In this document: positions 54,193 through 63,032 of the stretch, piece after piece
Numbering within the stretch: position 1 is the stretch's first letter
Layout: every line of letters starts with the position of its first letter
Assembly: GCA_963752595.1 (NCBI GenBank)
Contig: CAVVYZ010000017.1
Coordinates: 213,432 to 277,431, forward strand
Reading direction: 5' to 3'
Origin: an uncultured delta proteobacterium
GTDB taxonomy: Bacteria; Desulfobacterota; Desulfomonilia; UBA1062
DNA length: 64,000 bases
Notes under the pieces: model-generated
Seen by the model: the letters and a program-made list of their open reading frames with translations, nothing else
Databases searched by the model: none
Told to the model about the DNA's origin: nothing
Translations under genes and position numbers: made by a program

Positions 54193-55581
54193 ATGCAAAA
54201 ATCCATTAGAACCTGTCTTTTGTGTACTCTCCTCATCTTTGTTTTCATCTGTACGTCACAAGCCCAAACACCGCAGCCTTCGCAGAAGAACTGGGTGGAA
54301 GATGCAGCCGATAAAGTTCTCCCGTCGGTTGTGAATATTTCATCCACGAAAAAGGTAAAGGTGAGTCCGTCTCCATTTTCCAATGACCCCTTCTTCAGGG
54401 ATTTCTTCGGCGGCGGAGTTCCCCGGGAGCGCATCCAGCGAGCGCTGGGGTCCGGGGTTATCGTTTCCCGGGACGGCTATATCGTTACCAATAACCACGT
54501 TGTTGGTGGCGCGGACGAGGTGGAGGTGCGGCTCTCCGATGAAAGGGTATTCCCCGCGAAGATCATCGGCACAGATCCGAAAAGCGATCTTGCGGTTATA
54601 AAGATCGAAGCCAAGAATCTCCCGGTTATCAGGATCGGAGATTCAACGAAGCTCAGGGTGGGCAACTTCGTGCTGGCAGTCGGGAACCCGTTCGGCCTCG
54701 AAGGTACGGTCACACACGGAATCATCAGTGCGTTGGGACGCACCGGCTTGAATATCGGTGTCGACTATGAGAACTTTATCCAGACCGATGCGCCGATTAA
54801 CCCGGGGAATTCGGGAGGGGCTCTGGTGAATACGGATGGCGAGCTCATCGGGATCAATACCGCGATCCTCTCAGGGTCCGGAACAAATGTGGGGATCGGG
54901 TTTGCAATCCCTGCCAATCTCGCCATGAATATCGTAAGGAGCATCGAAAAGACCGGGAAGGTGGTCCGTGGCTGGCTCGGCGTGACTGTGCAGGAGGTTA
55001 CCCCGCAGATTGCAAAGGCCATGGGACTTGAGATCCCGAAAGGTGCGCTGGTTGCCGAGGTGGCCAAAAATTCTCCCGCGGGCAAGGCAGGGATCAAGCA
55101 GGGAGACATTATTGCAACCATTGACGGCAATGAAGTCAAAGACGCCTCCAGCATACGGCTCCTCGTATCGGAGATCCTTCCCGGCACTAAAGTTCCTATC
55201 CGTGTGATTCGTGGAGGCAAGGTCATGACCTTCAACGTGACTATGGGCGATCTCGCCAAGGCGGAAATTCCCGAACTTAAATATACGGTGAAGGACAACA
55301 GGTTCCTTGAGGGCGCGACCGTCTCTAACCTGACACAACCCGCACGAGAGGCGTTGCAAATCGGCACGAATATTCAGGGGGTCGTGGTCATTGCGGTCGA
55401 GAACGGTTCGGCAGCTGCAAGCGTGGGCGTCAGGCCGGGCGATGTGATCGTGGAGATAAACAGCCTGAAAATAGGGAATATTTCTGAATTCAAACAGGCG
55501 CTGGGCAAGATGGAAGGGAAAAAGGCAACTGTCAGCATCTACAGGCAGGGAATGCTCCTGACCATGACGCTTATCAGGTAA
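54193..55581 (+). CDS. Periplasmic serine endoprotease DegP/HtrA family (protease domain plus two PDZ domains)
   Basis: 462 aa with a signal peptide. The catalytic motifs are TNNHVV, DLAVIK and GNSGGALVN. Two PDZ-like segments follow. Confidence 0.9.
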   Translation: MQKSIRTCLLCTLLIFVFICTSQAQTPQPSQKNWVEDAADKVLPSVVNISSTKKVKVSPSPFSNDPFFRDFFGGGVPRERIQRALGSGVIVSRDGYIVTNNHVVGGADEVEVRLSDERVFPAKIIGTDPKSDLAVIKIEAKNLPVIRIGDSTKLRVGNFVLAVGNPFGLEGTVTHGIISALGRTGLNIGVDYENFIQTDAPINPGNSGGALVNTDGELIGINTAILSGSGTNVGIGFAIPANLAMNIVRSIEKTGKVVRGWLGVTVQEVTPQIAKAMGLEIPKGALVAEVAKNSPAGKAGIKQGDIIATIDGNEVKDASSIRLLVSEILPGTKVPIRVIRGGKVMTFNVTMGDLAKAEIPELKYTVKDNRFLEGATVSNLTQPAREALQIGTNIQGVVVIAVENGSAAASVGVRPGDVIVEINSLKIGNISEFKQALGKMEGKKATVSIYRQGMLLTMTLIR

Positions 55582-55589
55582 AGACTGTA

Positions 55590-56042
55590 ATGCGTACGGT
55601 GATCCAGAGGGTGCATGATGCGTCGGTTTCCGTAGATGGGGAAGAGCTTTCCAGGATTGGTAAGGGCTTGTGCTGCCTTATCGGAGTAGAGGCAGGAGAC
55701 GGGGGTGATGATGTCGAGTATATCTCACGCAAGATTGTAAGCCTCAGGATTTTCGATGACGAGAAGGGAGTCATGAATATCGACGTAGGTGAGGCACAGG
55801 GCGAGATACTCATGGTGTCCCAGTTTACCCTGCTGGGTGATGTACGGAAAGGAAGAAGGCCTTCCTACTCGTCGGCTGAGCCGCCCATTCCGGCGCAGGC
55901 GATTTTCGATCAGGCAGTTTCCCGTGTTTCATCCCTGCACCAGGGAAGGGTCGCCACAGGGAAATACCAGGCCGAGATGGATGTCCGCATCAATAACCAT
56001 GGCCCGGTAACCATTCTCCTGGACAGCAGAAAGCTCTTTTAA
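55590..56042 (+). CDS. dtd: D-aminoacyl-tRNA deacylase
   Basis: 150 aa with MRTVIQRV, SQFTLLGD and GRRPSY motifs. Confidence 0.9.
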   Translation: MRTVIQRVHDASVSVDGEELSRIGKGLCCLIGVEAGDGGDDVEYISRKIVSLRIFDDEKGVMNIDVGEAQGEILMVSQFTLLGDVRKGRRPSYSSAEPPIPAQAIFDQAVSRVSSLHQGRVATGKYQAEMDVRINNHGPVTILLDSRKLF

Positions 56043-56054
56043 GGAAGCTTTTTC

Positions 56055-56402
56055 TTATCTGAACGTATTGATCCGCTCAAGGAGTTTGTTTTCAGGCATG
56101 GCTCCCACGATGTCTCCCGCCTTCTGGCCGTCCTTGAAAACTATCAGGTTGGGGATGGAGCGGATGCCGTACTTTGATGCGGTCTGAGGATTGCTCTCCA
56201 CATCGAGCTTAGCAAAGACGATATCCCCCTGGTATTTTTTTGCCATGCCCTCGATGATCGGTCCCAGCATCCTGCATGGGCCGCACCACTCCGCCCAGCA
56301 GTCAACGATGATGAACGGATACTTCGCTATGGCCTTGTCGATATCTGTATCAGTCAAAACGATAGGGTGGTCGGGATTGTCCACGAATTTTTCCTCGCTC
56401 AT
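56055..56402 (-). CDS. trxA: Thioredoxin
   Basis: 115 aa with the WCGPC active site. Confidence 0.9.
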   Translation of the reverse strand: MSEEKFVDNPDHPIVLTDTDIDKAIAKYPFIIVDCWAEWCGPCRMLGPIIEGMAKKYQGDIVFAKLDVESNPQTASKYGIRSIPNLIVFKDGQKAGDIVGAMPENKLLERINTFR

Positions 56403-56435
56403 AGAAAGTCTCCTTATTTTGTTAAGATGTCAATG

Positions 56436-57395
56436 TCAGTGCGCACTCCAGGCGGCATAGGAGGTCCCTTTCATCTCCTGGACATACTGTTCCGATGCAA
56501 ATGCCGCAGTTGCCCCGTCGCCGCAGGCTGTCACCACCTGGCGCAGCAGCTTCTTCGTGCAGTCTCCGCAGGCAAAGATTCCTTTTGCAGAGGTCCTCAT
56601 CTCACCATCAACCTGGATGAATCCTTTCTCGTCACATTCGACCAGGCCTTTGGCAAATTCGGTGTTGGGTACGTTGCCGGTAAAAATGAATACCCCCTGG
56701 ACTTCCAATGTCTGTTTTTTATCTGGATCGCCGACATCGCTTACCCTGACTGCCTTCACAACATCGTCACCGATCACTTCATCTATCACCGAATTCCACA
56801 TGAAATCGATTTTTTCATTGGCAAAAGACTGGTCTTGGAGCACTTTGGTCGCCCGAAGACGCTCGCGACGGTGGATCATGGTCACTTTCTTTGCAAACCT
56901 GGTGAGGAAGACGGCCTCCTGCACCGCTGCATTCCCGCCGCCCACTACCACGACATGCGCATCGCGGTAGAACGGTCCGTCGCAGGTTGCACAATAGGAT
57001 ACGCCCCTTCCGGTATACTTCTGCTCGCCCGGTACATTGAGGTGGGCGTACTCCGTGCCTGATGCTAGGATGATCGAGCAGGCATCATAGGCATGATCAG
57101 AAACGTGGACCCTCCAAGCATCTTTGCCTTCATGGGCAATCTTTTCGAGGGAGGAGACATCGCTTTCGATTATTTCGAGACCGAAAGACAAGGCCTGGTC
57201 TTTGAATCGTTCTATGAGCTCGAACCCGTTGATTCCTCCCGGGAAACCCGGGTAGTTCTCAACCAGATCCGTGGTGGTGATCAGGCTCGGATTTACCTGG
57301 CTTGTGAGCATCAGCGTTTTGAGTTTCGAACGGGATGCATAAATACCAGCAGTCAGGCCTGCCGGACCTGACCCGATGATGATTATGTCATGCAT
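56436..57395 (-). CDS. trxB: Thioredoxin-disulfide reductase
   Basis: 319 aa. The FAD motif is IIIGSGPAG, the redox centre is CATCDG and the NADPH motif is VVVGGGNAA. Confidence 0.9.
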   Translation of the reverse strand: MHDIIIIGSGPAGLTAGIYASRSKLKTLMLTSQVNPSLITTTDLVENYPGFPGGINGFELIERFKDQALSFGLEIIESDVSSLEKIAHEGKDAWRVHVSDHAYDACSIILASGTEYAHLNVPGEQKYTGRGVSYCATCDGPFYRDAHVVVVGGGNAAVQEAVFLTRFAKKVTMIHRRERLRATKVLQDQSFANEKIDFMWNSVIDEVIGDDVVKAVRVSDVGDPDKKQTLEVQGVFIFTGNVPNTEFAKGLVECDEKGFIQVDGEMRTSAKGIFACGDCTKKLLRQVVTACGDGATAAFASEQYVQEMKGTSYAAWSAH

Positions 57396-57398
57396 AGC

Positions 57399-57680
57399 TC
57401 ACCCTTCGGGAGATTTTTCTTCCAGGATATCGATGAGCTGCTGGATTTTTTGGGGGTTCTTGAGAAAATAACACTTGAGGTTTCCTTTCCGTATGCAGTC
57501 CACTATCCCGTTGATCTTGAGGATAGAGAGATGCTGCGATGCATTTGCCTGGCGGATATTCAAGGTACTTTCAACCTCCCCCACACACTTCTGGCCTTTG
57601 ATGAGTTCCCGTGCTATCATAAGCCTCACAGGATGTCCCAAGGCCTTTAAGTAGGAAGCAGTCGTCTCATTTTGCGACAT
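57399..57680 (-). CDS. ArsR/SmtB-family transcriptional regulator
   Basis: 93 aa with LKALGHPVRLMIARELIKGQKCVGEV...ANASQHLSILKINGIV. Confidence 0.85.
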   Translation of the reverse strand: MSQNETTASYLKALGHPVRLMIARELIKGQKCVGEVESTLNIRQANASQHLSILKINGIVDCIRKGNLKCYFLKNPQKIQQLIDILEEKSPEG

Positions 57681-57711
57681 AACGTTTAAGTTCCTTTACG
57701 ATATTATTTTT

Positions 57712-57746
57712 ATATTAATATATTTATGACATACCAAAACTGTCAA
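57712..57746 (-). promoter_or_regulatory. Putative promoter and operator of the arsR-trxB-trxA operon
   Basis: On the minus strand: TTGACA (57746-57741), 18 nt spacing, then TATATT. The perfect palindrome ATATTAATAT (57712-57721) overlaps the -10 element. Confidence 0.4.
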
Positions 57747-57818
57747 GCCTTGATTTTTCACGATCGCTAGTAGTATGGTTACAATACATGATAAAAAAAA
57801 TTTCCCGGGGGTCAAGAT

Positions 57819-58361
57819 ATGAAGAGGTTTTTGACCATATTGGGTATCTTCTCAGTGCTTTTTCCTGCTGTATGTTCAGCTAATGGATACATCATTGCCA
57901 ATTACGGAATAGGAGGCGGGGATGTCGATGAGCCGAGCCTCGGCATAGAGATGGGGGGGATCTTTCTCTCCAACCTGCACCCTACGGGAGGTGCGTTCAG
58001 TTTCGGCCTGGGGGTGAGTGTTGCGGACACCGATGATGACCCGCCTTCCGGCATTCAACCCACATCCGGTCTCACCTACGACCCTCTGATCGAATACAAT
58101 GATGGAAACGAGCAGGAGATCGATCTCACCTTCGGCACCGAGATGATCCCATCGCTTTTTGCAGTTGCAGGGATCGGATATGCCGGCCAGGACACTGTTC
58201 GGATCGGTACCAATGGCGAACAGAATTATGAGGTCGATTCCGACACGGAAAGGAATGTCGCCTGGATGCTCGGCACCCGCTACGTCATACAGGGGTTGAA
58301 CGTCGGCATTGGGTATCACTCCAGACGCGGGATCATGGCAGGCATCGGCATCGCATTCTGA
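57819..58361 (+). CDS. Small outer-membrane beta-barrel-like protein
   Basis: 180 aa with a signal peptide. Gly/aromatic-rich short strands alternate through the sequence, and the C-terminus is ...GIGIAF. Confidence 0.45.
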   Translation: MKRFLTILGIFSVLFPAVCSANGYIIANYGIGGGDVDEPSLGIEMGGIFLSNLHPTGGAFSFGLGVSVADTDDDPPSGIQPTSGLTYDPLIEYNDGNEQEIDLTFGTEMIPSLFAVAGIGYAGQDTVRIGTNGEQNYEVDSDTERNVAWMLGTRYVIQGLNVGIGYHSRRGIMAGIGIAF

Positions 58362-58396
58362 TCCCGTAAAAACCAGCAGCCGAAGATAACCTTAAG

Positions 58397-59791
58397 ATGC
58401 ATCACCTCGCTCTGCTCCTGCTCACTCTTATCCTTTCCCTCGCCACCGGCTGCGGCAGCTTGATGAATTATTCGAAAAAGACAGAGCAGGCGAGGCTCTC
58501 CATCTCCCAGGGCAGGTTTGAAGACGCGCTGACGTCCTTTCCCGATAAATCCGCACGGGGCAAGGATGAGGTGCTCATACGGCTGGAACGTGCGACGCTC
58601 TTTCAGCTCATGGGGAAGTATGGCGAGAGTTCCCGGGAATTCGAGCTCGGAACCGCGAAGATCAGGGAATATGAAGAAAAAGCGTTCATATCGGCATCCA
58701 GGGCAACCTCCCAGATAGGCTCTCTTCTCTTGAACGAGCAGGTCCGTCCTTATGAAGGAGAAGATTTCGAAAAGGTCCTTGTCCATGCCTTTGACGCGGT
58801 AAATTATCTGATGACAGGAGACCTTGAAGGGGCACGGGTAGAGATCAGGAATGCCTACCAGAGGCAGAATGATCTCAAGGAAAGGCATGAAAAGGCCCTT
58901 GAAAAGGCGGAAAAGGAGAGTAGGGGCGCGAGCTGGCAGGAGTCGTTCCAGAAGGCGGACAATGACAGGTACCAGGAACTGAAGCGCAGGGCAGGAAACA
59001 TCCAGAGCGTTTATCAGAATGCATTCGCCTACTACATCTCTTCTCTGGTGTATGAGCTCGGCAGCGAAGAAGATGAGGCATATATCGACCTGAAAAAGGG
59101 AATTGAAGCCGCACCCTGGTCGAAGAGTATCCAGAAAGACCTGATCCGTCTGAGCACAAGGCTGGGTAGGGGAGAAGACACGGAAAAATGGCAAACTGCC
59201 TATGGAAAACCGGAGAAGGAATACGGCAAGGGCGTGGATGTTTTTGTTATTTTCCAGCACGGCGTGGCGCCGGTCAAAGAGGATTTGAGCTTTCCCATTC
59301 CGCTTTGGCGAGGGGGGATTGCCTTTGCGTCGTTGCCGGTATACCGCTTTGTCCCTTCATCCGCCCAGGGAGCTGCGCTCACTTATGATGGTCAGTTCTT
59401 CGAGACATCCCTGGTGTCCGATACTGATGCGATCGCATCCAGGAATCTTCTCGACAAGTTCCCGGTGCTCTTTGCAAAACAGGTCGTCCGATCCTATTTC
59501 AAAGCACGGATGACAAACAAATTGTCAAAGGATTACGGTGCAATAGGTGCTATCACGGGTACGATAGCTTCTGCCGTCACCGAGCGGGCTGACTTAAGGA
59601 CATGGGCCTCTCTGCCCAAGGAGATCCAGATCGTCCGGGCATATGTGCCGGATAGAACGAAAAATATTACCATCAAGGGGATCCCTTCAGCGCATGTGAA
59701 GGACATCAATATCCCGGAAGGAACCCGGCATCTGATCGTATTCTGCAGGGATACGGACGCCGGTCTATCATTACAGACAAAGGCTTATTAG
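58397..59791 (+). CDS. Lipoprotein of the COG3014 type (TPR-like N-terminal half)
   Basis: 464 aa. The lipobox-like signal is LSLATGC. The pattern LIRLERATLFQLMGKYGESSREFE...YEGEDFEKVLVHAFDAVNYLMTGDLEGARVEIRNAY matches my recollection of COG3014 proteins, which accompany YcfL and LpoB homologues. Confidence 0.5.
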   Translation: MHHLALLLLTLILSLATGCGSLMNYSKKTEQARLSISQGRFEDALTSFPDKSARGKDEVLIRLERATLFQLMGKYGESSREFELGTAKIREYEEKAFISASRATSQIGSLLLNEQVRPYEGEDFEKVLVHAFDAVNYLMTGDLEGARVEIRNAYQRQNDLKERHEKALEKAEKESRGASWQESFQKADNDRYQELKRRAGNIQSVYQNAFAYYISSLVYELGSEEDEAYIDLKKGIEAAPWSKSIQKDLIRLSTRLGRGEDTEKWQTAYGKPEKEYGKGVDVFVIFQHGVAPVKEDLSFPIPLWRGGIAFASLPVYRFVPSSAQGAALTYDGQFFETSLVSDTDAIASRNLLDKFPVLFAKQVVRSYFKARMTNKLSKDYGAIGAITGTIASAVTERADLRTWASLPKEIQIVRAYVPDRTKNITIKGIPSAHVKDINIPEGTRHLIVFCRDTDAGLSLQTKAY

Positions 59792-59806
59792 ACAGGAGGA
59801 GCCGAT

Positions 59807-60241
59807 ATGAGAAGGGGAAGGATTTTTTTATGGCTGTTTATTGTGCTGTTTCTCGCTTCATGTGCAGGGACAGCGCCCAATATTCTGCAAGTCCAGGCAG
59901 GTCCGGGGGGCTTAAGCTCCAAGAAGGAGGAGATCAACGACAAGTGGCTGGCGCGAACGCTTTCTTTTGGTGAAGTGAGTGTACGTCCGCTTGGACTCGG
60001 CTCATCTATGGAGACGCAAGTTATCATCCAAAACCAGAGCTCCCGGGATGTCGAATTTGAGTACAGGTTCGTCTGGTACGATGCCGCAGGATTTGAGATC
60101 TCTTCCGTTACCAACTGGATACCCGCATCCCTGTCGGGGATGGAGGCCCGGGGCTTCAAATCTACGGCGCCCGGCCCGAATGCGGCGAGTTTCAAGTGCA
60201 TGATGAGGGAGATGCATTCCATCACGGATTCAGGATCATAA
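59807..60241 (+). CDS. YcfL-like (DUF1425) lipoprotein
   Basis: 144 aa with the lipobox FLASC. The size, the beta-rich sequence (VIIQNQSSRDVEFEYRFVWYDAAGFEI) and the position just before lpoB all fit. Confidence 0.5.
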   Translation: MRRGRIFLWLFIVLFLASCAGTAPNILQVQAGPGGLSSKKEEINDKWLARTLSFGEVSVRPLGLGSSMETQVIIQNQSSRDVEFEYRFVWYDAAGFEISSVTNWIPASLSGMEARGFKSTAPGPNAASFKCMMREMHSITDSGS

Positions 60242-60263
60242 GAATAGGATCAGGAGGAGAAAC

Positions 60264-60860
60264 ATGAAGCGACTCATAGGAATAGGTTCTATCATTTTAA
60301 TGGTATTCTTTTTCAGCGGATGTGCCTCGTCGCCGACCGTTACATACGGGAATCCCGGGCAGGTAGAGACTGTAACGACGGAATTCGGCTCGACGGATCT
60401 TCAGACCATCGCGGAGAAGATGGTGAACTCACTGCTGGCGTCTCCGGTCCTTTCCTCAGGGCAGCACCCTGTGCTTTATGTCCATCAGGTGAAGAACATG
60501 ACGGATGAGCACATCGACACCAAGTCGGTAACCGACAAGATCAGGGTAACGCTGCTGAAATCCGGGAAGGTCCGTTTTACGGCCGTCAATGAGGTGAATG
60601 ACGAGATCATCAAACAGCTTGAGTACCAGACCAAATCAGGGATTGTCGACCCGTCTACGGCAAAGTCTGCGGGCCATCAGATAGGCGCTGATTATTTCCT
60701 CTTCGGTGAAATCAGCTCCATCAAGAAATCAGCCGGCCGGGTCAAGGATGTGTACTTCAAGTTCACCATGAACCTGGTGAACATCAAAACCGGCCTCATC
60801 GAGTGGGCGGACGAGAAAGAGATAAGGAAACAGGCCAAGAAGGCCCTTATCGGGGGTTAG
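60264..60860 (+). CDS. lpoB: Penicillin-binding protein activator LpoB family (COG3417) lipoprotein
   Basis: 198 aa with the lipobox FFSGC. It has the motifs FGSTDLQTIAEKMVNSLL and GADYFLFGEISSI...YFKFTMNLVNIKTGLIEW. Confidence 0.7.
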   Translation: MKRLIGIGSIILMVFFFSGCASSPTVTYGNPGQVETVTTEFGSTDLQTIAEKMVNSLLASPVLSSGQHPVLYVHQVKNMTDEHIDTKSVTDKIRVTLLKSGKVRFTAVNEVNDEIIKQLEYQTKSGIVDPSTAKSAGHQIGADYFLFGEISSIKKSAGRVKDVYFKFTMNLVNIKTGLIEWADEKEIRKQAKKALIGG

Positions 60861-61009
60861 CCGTAAGGCTCTCTACAAGGTCGGGTCCGGATAGTTCCTT
60901 CCGGCCTCGTGCCCGTTCTCTTTCGAGAAAAAGCCTTCGGATGTTAGGCTTGACTGGATGGAGAGAAACGGATACATAGCAAAGTCAAAGTAATTTTGGA
61001 GGAATGGAA

Positions 61010-61558
61010 ATGACTTGGGAGGATAAACTCGAAAAAATAACGAGCAAAACCGTGCCCCTGTATGCAATGATAATCCTCCTGGTGATCTTTGCCGATCCCA
61101 CCTGGGCAACCAGTTTTATCGGGATTATCCTGGTCGCCGGTGGAGAGGCATTACGATTCTGGGCCACAGGGCATTTGCGGAAGAATGAGGAGCTTACCAC
61201 TTCCGGCCCGTATGCTCACATTCAGTCACCGTTATATCTGGGGAGCTACATTATCGGCACCGGGCTCTGTATCATGGCATCGAATGCCGTCATATGGGTT
61301 CTCATGACCCTGATATTCTTCAAGTCGTATATTCCCAGGAAAAAGGAAAGAGAGTGGGGAAGGCTGGAAAGGATGTTCGGGGAGGACTTCCTCAAGTACA
61401 AGAGCGAAGTTCCCTACATGTTCTTCCCGCGGATCGATCCTTACCCCCATGGGAGCAAGCACCTCTGGTCATTTGCCGCGAGCATCGAAAATACAGAACA
61501 CCAGACGGCAATCGCGGTATTCCTCATTACCTTTTTTATCTTGATCAGGCTCTTCTAA
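61010..61558 (+). CDS. Isoprenylcysteine carboxyl / phospholipid methyltransferase-family membrane protein
   Basis: It is multi-TM, with LRFWATGHLRKNEELTTSGPYAHIQSPLYLGSYI. The start was taken at the second ATG (61010), which has better SD spacing than 61004. Confidence 0.65.
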   Translation: MTWEDKLEKITSKTVPLYAMIILLVIFADPTWATSFIGIILVAGGEALRFWATGHLRKNEELTTSGPYAHIQSPLYLGSYIIGTGLCIMASNAVIWVLMTLIFFKSYIPRKKEREWGRLERMFGEDFLKYKSEVPYMFFPRIDPYPHGSKHLWSFAASIENTEHQTAIAVFLITFFILIRLF

Positions 61559-61562
61559 AGAA

Positions 61563-61592
61563 AAGCCGGGCCTGGAACTCCAGGCCCGGCTT
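61563..61592. terminator. Bidirectional terminator between the methyltransferase (+) and ilvE (-)
   Basis: Perfect inverted repeat AAGCCGGGCCTGGA / TCCAGGCCCGGCTT. A T-rich tail follows on the minus strand (TTTTCTTT) and a weaker one on the plus strand. Confidence 0.75.
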
Positions 61593-61643
61593 CTTGAATC
61601 TTTTAAAGAAAATCCGACTGTAAGACTCTTTCCCCTCAAGGGT

Positions 61644-62720
61644 TCAGTCCGATATCTTCACGCGCCAGCCGAAGGGATCTGTCTTTTCTCCATACTGGAT
61701 CTGCAAGATCTCGTTATACAAGCGTTCCGTTAGGGTCCCGGTCTTGCCACCGTTGATGAGGTGCTCTTTCCCCTGATAATAGATCTGGCCGATAGGAGAG
61801 ACAATGGCCGCCGTACCTGAAGCAAACGCCTCTTTCACTGTCCCATCAGCAATCCCGGAAATAATCTCACTCATGGCCGGTGCCCGTTCCGTCACCTTCA
61901 CGCCCCAGCTCCGCGCCAGTTGGATGACGGAATCCCGGGTGACACCGGGGAGAATCGAACCTGAGAGCGGCGGTGTAAAAAGTTCATCGCCGATCACGAA
62001 GAAGGCGTTGCTCGTCCCCACCTCTTCCACATATTTCCGTTCAACGGCATCCAGCCAAAGGACCTGCGTATACCCCATATCCTTGGCCTTCTGGCTTGCG
62101 TAGAGGCTGGCGGCATAATTCCCCGCATTTTTGCAGTTTCCGACACCGCCGCGAACGGCCCGGACGTAATCCTCGCTGACGTAGATCTTCGTCGGACTGA
62201 ATCCCTCCGGATAGTAAGCCCCAACAGGACCGACAATGATGAAGAAAAGATACTGATTTGCCGGGTGGACCCCCAAGGCCGCTTCCGTGGCGATCATGGT
62301 CGGGCGGATATACAGGGATGTCCCGGCGCCGCGAGGAATCCAGTCCTGTTCCAGAAGGACAAGTTTTCTCATGCCCTCCATAAACAGCTCCGGATCGATT
62401 GTGGCCATGCATAGGCGCTCTGCCGAGGCATTCATCCGCTTGATGTTTTCCATGGGCCGGAACAGGTAGATGCTCCCATCCTTTCCGCGATAGGCCTTCA
62501 GTCCTTCAAAGATTTCCTGGCCATAGTGGAGACTCATGGCCGTGGGGTCGAGGACGATCGGACCATAAGGGCCGATGACGGGTTCATGCCAACCCTTGCC
62601 GGTCTTATATTTTACCGTAAACATATGATCCGTAAAGATCTGCCCGAAGCCCAGTTTGGATTCATTTGCCGGTTTTGCCTTCAGCTTGTCCGGTGCACAT
62701 TTTGTGATTTTGATATCCAT
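61644..62720 (-). CDS. ilvE: Branched-chain amino acid aminotransferase
   Basis: 358 aa of the long type. It has GQEIFEGLKAYR, the PLP-lysine region NCKNAGNY and GTSNAFFV. Confidence 0.9.
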   Translation of the reverse strand: MDIKITKCAPDKLKAKPANESKLGFGQIFTDHMFTVKYKTGKGWHEPVIGPYGPIVLDPTAMSLHYGQEIFEGLKAYRGKDGSIYLFRPMENIKRMNASAERLCMATIDPELFMEGMRKLVLLEQDWIPRGAGTSLYIRPTMIATEAALGVHPANQYLFFIIVGPVGAYYPEGFSPTKIYVSEDYVRAVRGGVGNCKNAGNYAASLYASQKAKDMGYTQVLWLDAVERKYVEEVGTSNAFFVIGDELFTPPLSGSILPGVTRDSVIQLARSWGVKVTERAPAMSEIISGIADGTVKEAFASGTAAIVSPIGQIYYQGKEHLINGGKTGTLTERLYNEILQIQYGEKTDPFGWRVKISD

Positions 62721-62771
62721 AAAGATTCTCCCCTATGAGTTTTCGGCCCTTAATCCCACACTTTTCTATCA

Positions 62772-63008
62772 CTATATCATCTTCCGATCAAGTTTTCTGT
62801 ATTGAATGGCCTCGGCGACATGAGATGACTGGATCTCCTTCACCGCTTCAAGGTCCGCGACGGTCCTGGCCACTTTCAGGATTCTCGTGTATGCTCCTGC
62901 GCTGAGCCTCAGCTTGTCCATGGCATTTTCGATGAGTTCCCGGAAAGCGCCGTCAATTGTAAAAATGGACCGCTCCCCTTGAGCCTCTTGACAAAGGATA
63001 TCATGCGG
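62772..63008 (-). pseudogene. comM: 3' remnant of a comM/yifB (Mg-chelatase-like ATPase) gene
   Basis: The open frame encodes only the last 78 aa or so: ...[60 protein letters not shown]-stop. An in-frame TAG lies at 63009-63011. The upstream space is occupied by an oppositely oriented gene. Confidence 0.6.
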
Positions 63009-63032
63009 CTATTTTTTGGCAGAGAGGACTTG

